Shown here one piece after another: positions 9,507-20,300 of a stretch of 64,000 nucleotides of DNA (position 1 is the first letter of the stretch; every line of letters begins with the position of its first letter). Under the pieces are notes generated by a model. It did not search any database and was not told the DNA's origin. It saw nothing but the letters and a program-made list of their open reading frames with translations. This DNA comes from Candidatus Poribacteria bacterium (GTDB lineage Bacteria; Poribacteria; WGA-4E; PCPOR2b): contig OZ240245.1 of the NCBI GenBank assembly GCA_965198175.1, forward strand, positions 1,152,001-1,216,000. The letters are read 5' to 3'. Made by a program: the position numbers and the translations under genes.

Positions 9507-10286
9507 TCAGATAGTTGCGTTTTCGAAGGTTTGCCAGACCAGCCGAATTGCAAAAGCCAACGAGGTGACAACGAGCACAACTTTAATCCATTTTTCTCCT
9601 CTGTCAACCGCCCAATGACTGCCGAACCAGGCGCCGGTCGCGTTTCCAAGCGCGAGTGTTAACCCCAAAAACGGATCGACATTGCCGCTCTGAATGAAGA
9701 CCCCAAGCGCAACAAGGTTGTAAAAAAAACTGACAAACAGCTTAATCGCATTTGCACGAACGAGGTCATAACTATTTATCGATGTCAGTGCAGCGATAAT
9801 TATAAATCCCACGCCCGCTTGGATAAAGCCGCCATAAATACCAATAAAAAAGTAAACAAACATTGCGGCAATCTTACGCTTCCAACTAACGCAGGGGGTC
9901 ACACTTTCGCCTTGCGATTTTCTCGCCGAACTAAAGAGTGTCAAACCCAACACCCCTACCATGATAGCTGCCAACATCCTCTTGAACATAACATCAGGCA
10001 TGTCAACCGCGATATTCGCCCCAATTAAAGCGCCAGCGATTGCTGGAAGGACCAGCAGGGCGCTAAAGCGAAAGTCAGAAAACCCTTTGCGATGAAATCC
10101 CGCAACACCGCTTGCACACTGAATGGCGATAGCTATTCGATTGGTACCGTTCGCTTTCGCAGCGGGCAAGCCGAGGAAAATTAGCATCGGCAGCGTTAGT
10201 AACGAACCGCCGCCCGACATTACGTTTACGAAACCTGCGGCGATTCCGGTGATTAGAATTAAGGGAATTTGCCAAACCAGTTGCAT
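9507..10286 (-). CDS. Sulfite exporter TauE/SafE family membrane protein
   Basis: AGFVNVMSGGGSLLTLP...ANGTN and IGIYGGFIQAGVG motifs; about 8 TM helices. Confidence 0.88.
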   Translation of the reverse strand: MQLVWQIPLILITGIAAGFVNVMSGGGSLLTLPMLIFLGLPAAKANGTNRIAIAIQCASGVAGFHRKGFSDFRFSALLVLPAIAGALIGANIAVDMPDVMFKRMLAAIMVGVLGLTLFSSARKSQGESVTPCVSWKRKIAAMFVYFFIGIYGGFIQAGVGFIIIAALTSINSYDLVRANAIKLFVSFFYNLVALGVFIQSGNVDPFLGLTLALGNATGAWFGSHWAVDRGEKWIKVVLVVTSLAFAIRLVWQTFENATI

Positions 10287-10425
10287 CTCAGTCTTTATTC
10301 CTAATTCTGTAGCAAGAATTTACGGTCAGTGAGTAGTGGCTTGCGGACAGTGGGCATTAAAAGCAAAAAAAACGTTCTTATCCGTTGGCGAGAACATAAC
10401 GACACCGAAGGCCTTTCTGATGTCG

Positions 10426-10863
10426 GGAGGTTTCAAAATAGTTGGGTTTCGGAGAAAACTATCGCCCTCCCTATTCAGTCGGTTGATCGCTCAACCCAAC
10501 CTACAAAAACTTGAAGACTATCGCGCTCGCGGTTCGGTCGCTTGATCTATTCGCTCAGTTGATCTCTACCCAACCTACATAGCTTATCCAGTCGTTTGAG
10601 CGCAGACCCCCTCTCGTTCCCCCTTGGCAAGGGGGAGGATATATGAGCATCCTGGCTTGACTCCAAAATCCGACATTTGTCGATTTATTTTGGTTTTATG
10701 TAGGAGGCAAGCGTGTCGCAAAATGATAGAAGCGTTAGGTTTCACAACATTAATGTATTGGATTTATATCGTAGTTGCTAGAAAACTATCGCCAAGATTT
10801 CTATGCAAAACTATCGCAGTCGCTATTCGCTTCTTTGATCACTCACTATTCGTTCGCTTGATC
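10426..10863. repeat. Second repeat mosaic (REP-like hairpin with inserted 31-bp unit, further units, CCCCCTT..AAGGGGG hairpin)
   Basis: GTTGGGTT...AACCCAACCTAC at 10441-10504; ACTATCGC-N17-TTGATC at 10458, 10517 and 10810. Confidence 0.75.
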
Positions 10864-11058
10864 GCGCTGAAACCCGTCTGCAATCCAATATCCAACCTTG
10901 TATACAATCGCGGGCAGAATCGCCAATGGTATCATGAATCCCCAATTAGCCTCAGGGTCACTTGCCAGTGACCCATTCAAAATTAAAAAAATGATTGGGA
11001 ATATAAACGTGCAGATAATGGTTATTCTTTTAATACCACTTGGCCGCTTGACTTTCAT
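10846..11058 (-). CDS. Small two-TM membrane protein, 70 aa
   Basis: ATG with a GGAGG RBS, two hydrophobic segments, directly downstream of the 11092-12912 gene. Confidence 0.65.
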   Translation of the reverse strand: MKVKRPSGIKRITIICTFIFPIIFLILNGSLASDPEANWGFMIPLAILPAIVYKVGYWIADGFQRDQANE

Positions 11059-11091
11059 TATTAGTTCCTCCAGAGAGAGTTAGAATTTGTT

Positions 11092-12912
11092 CTAATCCTT
11101 TCGATCGACGATGAGCCTTCCCTGTTGGCGATCAAAGGATAGGGTCGTGTACGTTTTTCCGTCGGCGTGCCAGCAGTCTATGCGCCCCTGTTCGCCGGTT
11201 GCGGTGTCCCACTCTTCAAGCAACGCTGCCTCCCATTGTATTTCGACCAGTACCTCAGCCGCTGTCTCCTCACGGTTGAAAAAATAGAAGAGATTAAATT
11301 CCTCCGACTGACGGTGTTGAATCGCGATGCAGTTCGTTAGGGAATTATCGGGTTTGCGGTAAACCCGTATCGCCGGTTTTACCCACTTTTGCAGTAGATG
11401 TTTGAGACCATCCCTTTTTTCGCGCGACGTTTCGCCGGCTACGATGGATGTGCGCCATTGATAAAGCAGGCGTTCGAGCGGGTAGGGATCGACGCCGATT
11501 CTGCCGTTGAGTAGGTACGGCACGGGAGTTAGGGCAATCAGCTTGCCGCGTGCTTTAACAAACTGTGTCAACAACTTCACCGTTCCTTCCTGAAGGGACA
11601 GAGAGGTTGGGAGCAAGATGAGTGGATAAGCCGCTTCTTTAAGATGCAGCGAGCGTTTATCGACCGACGCAGCAATCAATTCCGTTTCGGAGGCAACATC
11701 GAAGTCGTAACCCAGTTCCCAAAGGGTCTGACAGAGCCAGCTCCATTCTTTTTTGATCCAATCCCACGTTTTGCCATCAGGCTTTGTCCAGAGACTGTGA
11801 ATAGGCGATATAGTGAGAATCGATCTTCTGGGAACACCGATAGACAGGAAGCGATTCAGGTGTTCCGCTGTACTTGAGGGTGCAGTAGAGGCATGCGCCG
11901 TCGATATCCATGAATTGAATCCCAACACACTATCATAAGCGAGTTGAACCGAACGGAAACTTTCGGTCGCATCCCGTTCGCAGACGCTGATGTGCCCAGA
12001 GCATTCAGGATGCGGCATGCTAGCGACGCACTTGGTGATTAAGAATCGGTACGGCTGATCCGTCTGTTTGGGGCTGAGAATGGGGCGATCGGCGTGGTTG
12101 AGTAATTCGCCGACATCCGCTTCTAGCGCTCGCGCCTTTGCGGGGATATTAATTGCGAGTTGCAGATTCGACTCGCGGCAAAACTTTTTTAGTCCGCCGA
12201 TACACACCTCTGCAAACCTTTGGGTGAACTTCTCCCAAAAGCGGCTGCGAACTGCCGCTGAGTCGTAAGTTTCGTGAAAAATCAGGGGAAGATATCGGAG
12301 AAACTCCTCTGGGGAGACGGTCTCGGAGCTGCCAATGAGTTCTACGCTCCAAGGAATCGATAGCGGTTCGCATCTGAGTGGGGACAGCACAGTTGGCAGG
12401 TTGCAGCAGAAACCGATAACGGTACTCCCCAGATAATCGGCGTATTCACGAATGTACGGCTGCAAAACCCGGCCTGCGTGCGCACGAACACCATCTTCGG
12501 TCAGGAGATCTTCCGTCTGCACCTCAGTTTGACTGAGTAGAAAGATGGTCCGACCTTTCAGTCTATCGGCGACGGAGAGATCGCCCGCCAGACATTGGGA
12601 TATATGATTCGTTATATCGTAGCACGGAACTTCTGCATTGTCCTGCGCGAGGAGATAGACACGGTTAAAGGCTTGAGTAGGGCTGAAGCACTGCCGCAGT
12701 TGACTCTGGATAGCCTCAGGAGGGTCTGCTTGGGAAAAGGTATGGTCGCGAAAGGTTAACTGGAAGCGTGTGCGGTCTGCCAGCGCATTGACCAAAATCC
12801 ATGCGTGTTTGCCACTACGGCGCAAACGCTTGAGCGCACCCCGATGGTCATGAATATCCTTCCCTTTTACGGAAGGACTCCATGTAAGTAATACTTCTCC
12901 CGCAGCATTCAA
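11092..12912 (-). CDS. Glycoside hydrolase family 106 (alpha-L-rhamnosidase)-like protein, apparently degenerate
   Basis: YLGSTVIGF, IPWS, R-FW...F...FCRE blocks, a GATase-like middle domain (GYDFD...LILLP), and C-terminal YFFN...EEWDTATGE. TTG start with an AAGGA RBS. Confidence 0.55.
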   Translation of the reverse strand: MNAAGEVLLTWSPSVKGKDIHDHRGALKRLRRSGKHAWILVNALADRTRFQLTFRDHTFSQADPPEAIQSQLRQCFSPTQAFNRVYLLAQDNAEVPCYDITNHISQCLAGDLSVADRLKGRTIFLLSQTEVQTEDLLTEDGVRAHAGRVLQPYIREYADYLGSTVIGFCCNLPTVLSPLRCEPLSIPWSVELIGSSETVSPEEFLRYLPLIFHETYDSAAVRSRFWEKFTQRFAEVCIGGLKKFCRESNLQLAINIPAKARALEADVGELLNHADRPILSPKQTDQPYRFLITKCVASMPHPECSGHISVCERDATESFRSVQLAYDSVLGFNSWISTAHASTAPSSTAEHLNRFLSIGVPRRSILTISPIHSLWTKPDGKTWDWIKKEWSWLCQTLWELGYDFDVASETELIAASVDKRSLHLKEAAYPLILLPTSLSLQEGTVKLLTQFVKARGKLIALTPVPYLLNGRIGVDPYPLERLLYQWRTSIVAGETSREKRDGLKHLLQKWVKPAIRVYRKPDNSLTNCIAIQHRQSEEFNLFYFFNREETAAEVLVEIQWEAALLEEWDTATGEQGRIDCWHADGKTYTTLSFDRQQGRLIVDRKD

Positions 12913-12930
12913 TACAAGTCCTTGATTTCT

Positions 12931-14259
12931 TTAGCGCAGCTCATAGGTGGAATGCGCTGCAAGCTGATCTAAAGCCTTCATGTGGCGGTGTGGAAGTCTC
13001 GCCTTGACCTGGATGCCGTTACCGCCATACTCCGCCTCGAAAACCTCGCCGTGTTTATACAGGTAGTCCAACGCCTTGCCATCACGGTAGGAAAGGATGA
13101 GCGACATATCAATGTCCTGCGTTGAGAAGCGTTCAGCAAGTTTGGTCTTCAGTTGTTCCAACCCAGCCCCCGTCCGCGCCGAGATTTCGAGGCAGTCGGG
13201 ATATTTGATACGGATGAGTTGGGATTGTTCTTCATTTTCAGACAGATCCATTTTATTAAGTAGAATAACCGTAGCGATGTCATAAGCGTTTAACGATTTG
13301 AGTACGCTATTCACGGCTTCGATTTGAGCCTCCGCTTGGGGGTGACTTCCATCAACCACATGAAGAAGCAAGTCTGCCTCTGCAACCTCCTCTAGTGTGG
13401 CTTTGAATGCAGCGACCAGATGATGCGGAAGTTTTTTGATAAAGCCGACGGTATCTGTCAACAGGATTTGCCGGTTATCGGGCAAATCAACGATGCGGGT
13501 GGTTGGATCGAGCGTCGCGAATAACTTATTTTCGGCGAGCCGGTTTTCACCGGTTAGCGCGTTGAAAAGCGTTGACTTGCCGGCATTGGTATAACCCACG
13601 AGCGATACTTTAATCATCTCCTTACGGCTGCTTCGCTGAACGCGGCGTTGCTTTTCAACCGCCTCCAAGGCTTTCTTGAGGCGCAATATTTGTGCACGGA
13701 TCAGATTTCGGTCAATTTGTAGTTGCGTTTCACCTGGACCGCGAACGGCGCCACCTGTACGCCCTGCGCCGACTGCCGTACTTCCGCCCCCGCCAGTCGC
13801 TAAGCGGGAGAGATGGGTCCACAGCCGAGTCAAACGCGGCAGGGCATATTGCAACTGGGCTAACTCCACCTGTAGCTTTGCTTCCTTCGACTGCGCCCGT
13901 TGCACAAAGATTTTCAAAATTAGACTGGTCCGGTCGATGGCAACTGTGTCCAGAGTCTTTTCAATGTTGCGTGTTTGCGCCGGTGTGAGTTCATTATCGA
14001 AGACGACTGCATCCACACCCGCTTCACTGATTAAAGCCCCCAGTTCCGCTATTTTTCCTTTCCCGATAAAATGAGCGGGATCCGGTGTTTCTCTGGGTTG
14101 TACGATTGTGTAAATGACCTCTAGTCCTGCGGTCTCCGCGAGTTGCCCCAACTCTTCAAGCGAATCCTCTACATCGCTTTTGAGTTGCGCTTTTAATTTC
14201 ACCCCAATAAGTACAACGCGTTCGGGCGAAGGTATCATCGGATAGAGTGCTTCGGGCAT
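12931..14259 (-). CDS. hflX: Ribosome-splitting GTPase HflX
   Basis: EAKLQVELAQL, RGPGETQL, LVGYTNAGKSTL, LFATLDPT, DTVGFI, NKMD. ATG 14259 has an AAAGGAG RBS. Confidence 0.96.
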   Translation of the reverse strand: MPEALYPMIPSPERVVLIGVKLKAQLKSDVEDSLEELGQLAETAGLEVIYTIVQPRETPDPAHFIGKGKIAELGALISEAGVDAVVFDNELTPAQTRNIEKTLDTVAIDRTSLILKIFVQRAQSKEAKLQVELAQLQYALPRLTRLWTHLSRLATGGGGSTAVGAGRTGGAVRGPGETQLQIDRNLIRAQILRLKKALEAVEKQRRVQRSSRKEMIKVSLVGYTNAGKSTLFNALTGENRLAENKLFATLDPTTRIVDLPDNRQILLTDTVGFIKKLPHHLVAAFKATLEEVAEADLLLHVVDGSHPQAEAQIEAVNSVLKSLNAYDIATVILLNKMDLSENEEQSQLIRIKYPDCLEISARTGAGLEQLKTKLAERFSTQDIDMSLILSYRDGKALDYLYKHGEVFEAEYGGNGIQVKARLPHRHMKALDQLAAHSTYELR

Positions 14260-14324
14260 AGACTCTCCTTTCGACTGTGAAACTGACACTTTGCAATGTC
14301 AACCCAACCTTATATTATGACGAA

Positions 14325-14354
14325 AGTGTAACCAAACACAGGGATTCGTGTCAA
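14325..14354 (-). promoter_or_regulatory. Putative sigma70 promoter for hflX
   Basis: TTGACA-18 bp-TACACT. Confidence 0.5.
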
Positions 14355-14398
14355 CAGAATAAATCCCCAGTAAGCGTCATGAGTGGAACAAATGTACG

Positions 14399-14427
14399 TT
14401 GACGAAGCATGAAGAATCACCTATAAT
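14399..14427 (+). promoter_or_regulatory. Putative sigma70 promoter for the SWIM-PQQ genes
   Basis: TTGACG-17 bp-TATAAT. Confidence 0.65.
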
Positions 14428-14491
14428 TTGCAATTATAGGTGACGAATTATTCTGATAGCTTTTACATTGGAAAAAGATGCGGGTGTATGA

Positions 14492-14941
14492 ATGAAGCTA
14501 GAAGGAATTACAGAGGATGACATTTACGCCCTCGTTGGTCATACTCTAGCAGGGCGTGGATATGACTACTACGAAGCGGGAATGGTGACGAACCTAAAGG
14601 TTCGCGGAACTACCATTGATGCCGAAGTGGCTGGCAGGTCATGTCCGAGCTACACTGTCAAGGTTTGGTGTGATGATAATGGAATTGATGGGAACTGCAC
14701 CTGCCCATATTCACAAGGGTTTGATGTCTGTAAGCATGTCGCCGCTGTCTTATTTGAATGGATTTACGAAAGGGTTGACGAGACACCCGACTCATCCATC
14801 AGCGAGGCGCAACTTCGTCAAGCGGTGGAAAACCTATCTAAATCGGAGCTCGCCGAGTTGCTGATGGAGCTCGTGAAGGACAATGGTGCGCTTTATCAGA
14901 AGTTGAGGGTTTTGGTAGAGAAAATCGGAGCCGGGAGGTGA
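14492..14941 (+). CDS. SWIM zinc-finger protein
   Basis: RGYDYY...AEVAG..Y.V and CTCPY...CKHVAAVL. Confidence 0.85.
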   Translation: MKLEGITEDDIYALVGHTLAGRGYDYYEAGMVTNLKVRGTTIDAEVAGRSCPSYTVKVWCDDNGIDGNCTCPYSQGFDVCKHVAAVLFEWIYERVDETPDSSISEAQLRQAVENLSKSELAELLMELVKDNGALYQKLRVLVEKIGAGR

Positions 14942-14947
14942 AACTTG

Positions 14948-17155
14948 ATGGAAAGGACGATTGTGGGGCACATCTTTATTCCGCTTTTACTAGGCTTCAC
15001 GCTACTGTCGTGCCAATCACAGGACACGCGGGATGCAACTCCAGCATCGCAATCCGAGGATTCGCGTCAACCGGTGGAAATCGTATCGCCAACGCGGTCC
15101 GAAGATTGGCCGATGTTCATGTGCGATCTGAATTTCTCCGGTAGAAGTCCGGATCAGAACCTTAAGCCTCCGCTCAAGCTGCGCTGGAAATTTAAGACCG
15201 GGGGACCTATTGTTGGAAGTCCTGCAGTCGCACACGGAACTGTCTACGTTGGGTCAAATGACCACAAACTGTATGCGCTCGATGCGAAAAATTGGGGGAT
15301 TCGATGGACCTTCCAAACTGGCGGCGCCATCCGACACACACCAACAGTTTGGAATCGCCGCGTCTACGTTAACGCACGAGACAACCGGGTGTATGCTTTT
15401 GATGCGGAAACAGGCAAACAGATCTGGCAGTACCAATCCGAGAACTGGATGGATTCCCCGCCGATTGCTTCAGGCGGAAGAATCTACGTCGGTATGTTTC
15501 CGAACAAGATTCTCATCATCAATGCGACTACGGGGACATTGCTAGACCAAGTCCGAGGGCGCGTGAGGGTGAATGGTATTGAATATGGCTGCAGCCGAGG
15601 GCAACTGCGCCCAACTAGTCCCCAGCATCGCGCCGATCTATGGCGCAGTTACACCCCTGGTACGAGTAGCTATCCGGTCATCGCTAATCAGTTTGTCTAC
15701 ATCGGCGGGCGTGATAATAAGATTCATGCATTTGACATTAAATCACAAGTGGAGATTTGGTCTTACGAAGCAGAGGGTTATATTGATGCGGCGCCTGCAA
15801 TCGCGGACGGAATGCTGTATATCACATCACACGATGGATTTGTGTATGCCTTTGAGAATCAGGTCTCGCCTCAGGTTCAATCGGACAAACGTCCAATCGG
15901 AATCGTCGTTCACGATGAGGCACCGGTTTATGTCAGCAGGGACAGAGGATTTACCGGCGAGTCGAGTTCGGAAAAAACGCCAGACCTACTACTGTTACTT
16001 AACGATGGCGTCGAGCTACCAATCGTTAGTCAGTCGGAGGATTGGTATCAGGTTGAACTTCCAAACGGGGAAATCGGCTGGATGGATGGGTTTGGAATCG
16101 GCGTGTTTGAAGAAATTGAGGGGATTCGGTTCAATAAGGCGGTCTGTTCAAATGTCCGGACATTGAATCTGATTGCGGGGGCGGAAGCGCCTCACTGGTC
16201 GCCCAACGGCAAACTGATTGCGTTTTTGAAGCGGACGAATCTCACTGGACAATACTGGAAAGCGAGCGAACTCTGGCTCACGGATAGCTACGCGAGGCAG
16301 TTCCAAAGGCTGTGCGCAGGAAATTTCTACAATCCGAATCTGTCATGGTCGCTTGACAGCAACTTAATCACCTTTGAAGCTTATGAGGGTAAGGACAGCT
16401 ATGTATGGATTATTAATCGACAGAATCCTCGTTTAATCAAGCTCGTTCCCGGCGATGCGCCGGCGTGGTCGCCTACTGTGAATCAGATTGCGTTCCGACG
16501 TTGGGAAGAAGGGGTTGATGTCCTTTATCGAATTAATAGCGATAAATCCCATCTGACGCCGATAGCACGGATTCCGATTGAGGGTCGGATTGGCGCCTTT
16601 AGCTATCTAGACCCGCCTTCGTGGTCACCTGGCGGCGATCGAATTGCGATTGGGCTGGATTACCAGCACTATGCCTCCGGACACGCCAGAGTTCGCGTCC
16701 ACGATATTTATGGCACAAAATTAAATGAGATTTCAACGTCCTCCCAGCGAGTTAAGCAGATTAAGTGGTCGGCTGACGGCGCTAACCTTGCCTACGTGCT
16801 TTCAGGAAATCCTGTGTCGGATGCGCTACTTAGTAAGCAACTCCACATCGTTTCTTCGGAGGCAGCGAATGAGACAAGAATTCTCAAACACACTTCTCCT
16901 TCATGGTCGCCTCAAGGCAATCGGCTCGCTTACTTGGAACGTGAGGATTGTATGGGGATACGGTGGAAGGTGTGGGTGCTAGACGTGGAAACGAACCGCG
17001 CATTACCGATTGCACGTACAACAATCGATTTGGTTAATCTGACATGGCTGCCCGATGGAAAGCGGTTGTGTTTGTGGCACACATCTAAATATCTACGCGA
17101 TGGAGAGTACAAACCTGCCAATACAGAAGGTTGGGTCGTAAAGGTGACTTGGTGA
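14948..17155 (+). CDS. Lipoprotein with PQQ-like beta-propeller, SH3-like and TolB/PD40 propeller domains
   Basis: Lipobox LLSC; DWPMF, SPAVAHGTVYVGS..LYALDA repeats; WYQVELPNGEIGW; several PxWSPxG repeats. Confidence 0.85.
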   Translation: MERTIVGHIFIPLLLGFTLLSCQSQDTRDATPASQSEDSRQPVEIVSPTRSEDWPMFMCDLNFSGRSPDQNLKPPLKLRWKFKTGGPIVGSPAVAHGTVYVGSNDHKLYALDAKNWGIRWTFQTGGAIRHTPTVWNRRVYVNARDNRVYAFDAETGKQIWQYQSENWMDSPPIASGGRIYVGMFPNKILIINATTGTLLDQVRGRVRVNGIEYGCSRGQLRPTSPQHRADLWRSYTPGTSSYPVIANQFVYIGGRDNKIHAFDIKSQVEIWSYEAEGYIDAAPAIADGMLYITSHDGFVYAFENQVSPQVQSDKRPIGIVVHDEAPVYVSRDRGFTGESSSEKTPDLLLLLNDGVELPIVSQSEDWYQVELPNGEIGWMDGFGIGVFEEIEGIRFNKAVCSNVRTLNLIAGAEAPHWSPNGKLIAFLKRTNLTGQYWKASELWLTDSYARQFQRLCAGNFYNPNLSWSLDSNLITFEAYEGKDSYVWIINRQNPRLIKLVPGDAPAWSPTVNQIAFRRWEEGVDVLYRINSDKSHLTPIARIPIEGRIGAFSYLDPPSWSPGGDRIAIGLDYQHYASGHARVRVHDIYGTKLNEISTSSQRVKQIKWSADGANLAYVLSGNPVSDALLSKQLHIVSSEAANETRILKHTSPSWSPQGNRLAYLEREDCMGIRWKVWVLDVETNRALPIARTTIDLVNLTWLPDGKRLCLWHTSKYLRDGEYKPANTEGWVVKVTW

Positions 17156-17361
17156 GCTAACGGGGGACGGATTGGTGGGTGGAGATTGTCATCATTGATT
17201 ATTCGATTGCATCAGTCTAGGCATCAAAAACAGAAGCTATCATGTTAAAAGATGTCGTCCAACGTCATTCCGATGCTCTTCATTGCCGAAGCTACGATAA
17301 ACAGAGATATTCGTACTTTGCACAACACGCTGAAATCGAACCGGCATCTGGTCATTTGATA

Positions 17362-20300
17362 CTATTTAAGAATCAGCATCTTCCGTGTGGCGGAAACGTC
17401 TCCCGCCTGCAACTGGTAGAAATAGACCCCGCTTGAGATCAATTCTCCATTCTCGTTGCGGCATCCCAGTACGCTGCCTTGGTCCGATTCGTATAATAGC
17501 CCGCCACCTGATGCCCTAAATCCAAGTGGCGCACCAACACGCCTCTTGTGTCATAAATCGCGAGTAGCACCTCTGCGTCGCTTGCAAGGTGATACGGAAT
17601 CCATGTTTCTGGGTTGAAGGGATTCGGGTAGTTTGGCAACAGTTGTGTTTTCGTGGGTATCTCTTGGACAATTAGTGCCGACAACTGAATCCGGTGCCGC
17701 TTGACATCTTCAGCCGTAACAGTATGTCGGAACGGCTCCACACTGATAGAGGCATCGGGAGATATGGCGGAGATTTCAAAGATATCACCAATTGCTGCTG
17801 CACGCCCACCTTCGATGTCAACAACGGTAAGTTCGTAGGCAGTCTGCGATGAAGTGCCACCTGTATCTCCTCCCATTAGGGTGGTAACTGCGCTACCGGT
17901 TGAGAGGTTGTTGACGATAACACGCAAATTATTTCTGTTGACGCCTCTCACACCGTCAACAATCGAACCGCTTAACGCTAATATAGGGGTAGTGCCAGCC
18001 GCATTCATGTCCCCTTTCGCTAGCGGTGGCGCAGTCATTGTGCCAGAGGAGGTGTTATTCCACCCATCTCCGGATATAGTCACTGTCGCATCCTCTAAAA
18101 CGTCAATGATAAAGGCTTGCCCGCCCGTGACCGAGATGTCCCCGTCATCTTCGGCTTTTTCGACTGACTTGAACCTTCCGTTATCGGAAACAGTGACCGC
18201 AGGGGCGTTGTCCACAAACCCCTCAAGCGTGAGTAGGTCGCTAACACGAGTTATCCTTGAATCGTTCAGCGGCAATCCTACTAGGTTCTTGCCTTGGATT
18301 AAGCGGATGCTGCTCATTCCGTCCGAACCGAGTTCGTCACCTCCGATACGAACCGTTACCGGCATTTTTAAGGTAGCAACGATTCCTAGGTCATCCGTCA
18401 AAACTCTGTCCGCGGCACCACCGCTGCTCTCATCCCCGAGGTAGCTGTTCCACTGATGGGTATCCCGGTTATAGGTAATAAGGAGATTGACAGTATCCGC
18501 ACCGCCGAGCGCGTCGTACAAGTCAGCAATTGATTCGATAGTCCTCGCCGCCCCGTCAACTGTCCTCACCTTTAGCGGAACATGAATCAAGCTGGTACCT
18601 GATGGCACGGTTAGGTCAAATTGGAGAAGTTCGGCGACAGCGTTAAAGGTCACAGTTTCGGTGATTCCTTCGACGCTTGCCGTGACCGTGTTTGTGCCGG
18701 GTTCGTTACCAAGTGTCAGGGTAGTTTGTGCTAATCCGTCGGCATCCGTGTCTACGCTTGTATGACTCAGCGAACCTCCGCCTGCACTGACAGAAAAGGT
18801 TACAGTCACTCCTTCCAACAGGTCGTCATTCTGATCGCGGACTTCAACAACGAAGGAATTAGTCAACGCTTTGCCGGGCAAACCGGTCTGATAATCGTCT
18901 AATAGAATCGCTAAAGCCGTCGGCATCGGCGATGGCTGTTGTTGCTGTTGTTCTGAGATTTCAGTTTCCACGACTTCGATCGTCGTGCTCACGGAGCCTA
19001 TCCCGACTGACGCTGTGACTGTGTAGGTGCCGGAGGAACCGCTCCCCGTCCTCAACGTCGTACTTGCCCGTCCGTTGCTATCAGTTGTGGCACTTGTGGT
19101 GCTCAGCGACGCGTTGCCATCGCCTGACGTAATACTAAACGTCACAGTTTTTCCTGACGCGGCACTCCCATCCTCTTGAACTTCAACAGTAAACGTCAAT
19201 GTATCACCGGGATCGCCAGACCCCGGTCCACTTACCTCACTTATGGACAATTCCGGTGGCGGCGGGGGATTAACCGTTGCAGTTAAACTCTGAGATCGAC
19301 CATCGTTGATCGTTGCTGTGACTGTGTAGGATCCGGAGGAACCGCTTCCAGTTCGTAGCATAGTCTGTGCTCGTCCGTTGCTATCAGTTGTGGTGCTTGT
19401 GGTACTCAGCGACACAGTTCCATCGTTGGGACTCACACTAAACGTCACTGCTAGCCCTACCACGGGTGGTGATTCGAAGATGGGACCAGTTAATCTCTCA
19501 ACGGCTGCAAAACCGATCGTGAACTCGTCGCCGGGTTTTCCGGACAAATTATCTGAAAACGTAAATATGATTGGCGCTGACGGCGGGGGATTAACCGTTG
19601 CAGTACCGCTGGTAGATATGCTGCCAACCGTCGCAGTGATTGTGTATGAACCGGAGGCACTGTTTCCAAGTATCACTGTAGTGGAAGCACGTCCATCACT
19701 CCCAGTTGTTGTGCTTGTAGTGCCCAGTGACGCGTTGCCATCGCCCGATATAATGCTAAACGTCACAGTTTTCCCTGACGCGGCGCTCCCGTCCTCCTGA
19801 ACCTGAACTGAAAACGTCAACGAATCACCGGGATCGCCAGATCCGGGACCGCTTACCACACTTATCGATATTTCTGGCGGTGGTGGTGGGGTGTTAACCG
19901 TTGCAGTACCAGTCGTAGATTCACTGCCAACTGTCGCTGTGATTGTGTATGAACCGGACGCACTGTTCCCAAGTGTTAGAGTGATAGATGCCTGCCCGTT
20001 GCTACCGGTTGTCGCGCTTGCGGGATTCAGTGACGCGTTGCCATCGCCTGACGTAATACTAAACGTCACAGTTTTTCCTGACGCGGCACTCCCATCCTCT
20101 TGAACTTCAACAGTAAACGTCAATGTATCACCGGGATCGCCAGACCCCGGTCCACTTACCTCACTTATGGACAATTCCGGTGGCGGCGGGGGATTAACCG
20201 TTGCAGTTAAACTCTGAGATCGACCATCGTTGATCGTTGCTGTGACTGTGTAGGATCCGGAGGAACCGCTTCCAGTTCGTAGCATAGTCTGTGCTCGTCC

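Noticed and set aside
9083..10863. CRISPR array interpretation of the clustered short repeats
   Set aside because: Spacing is irregular, orientations are mixed, a gene lies between clusters, the variable cores are related to one another, and there are no cas genes.
10624..10971. 115-aa plus-strand ORF
   Set aside because: Runs through repeat mosaics and antisense to the better-supported 70-aa membrane gene.
17242..17436. 64-aa plus-strand ORF
   Set aside because: Overlaps, antisense, the true frameshifted C-terminus of the giant protein.
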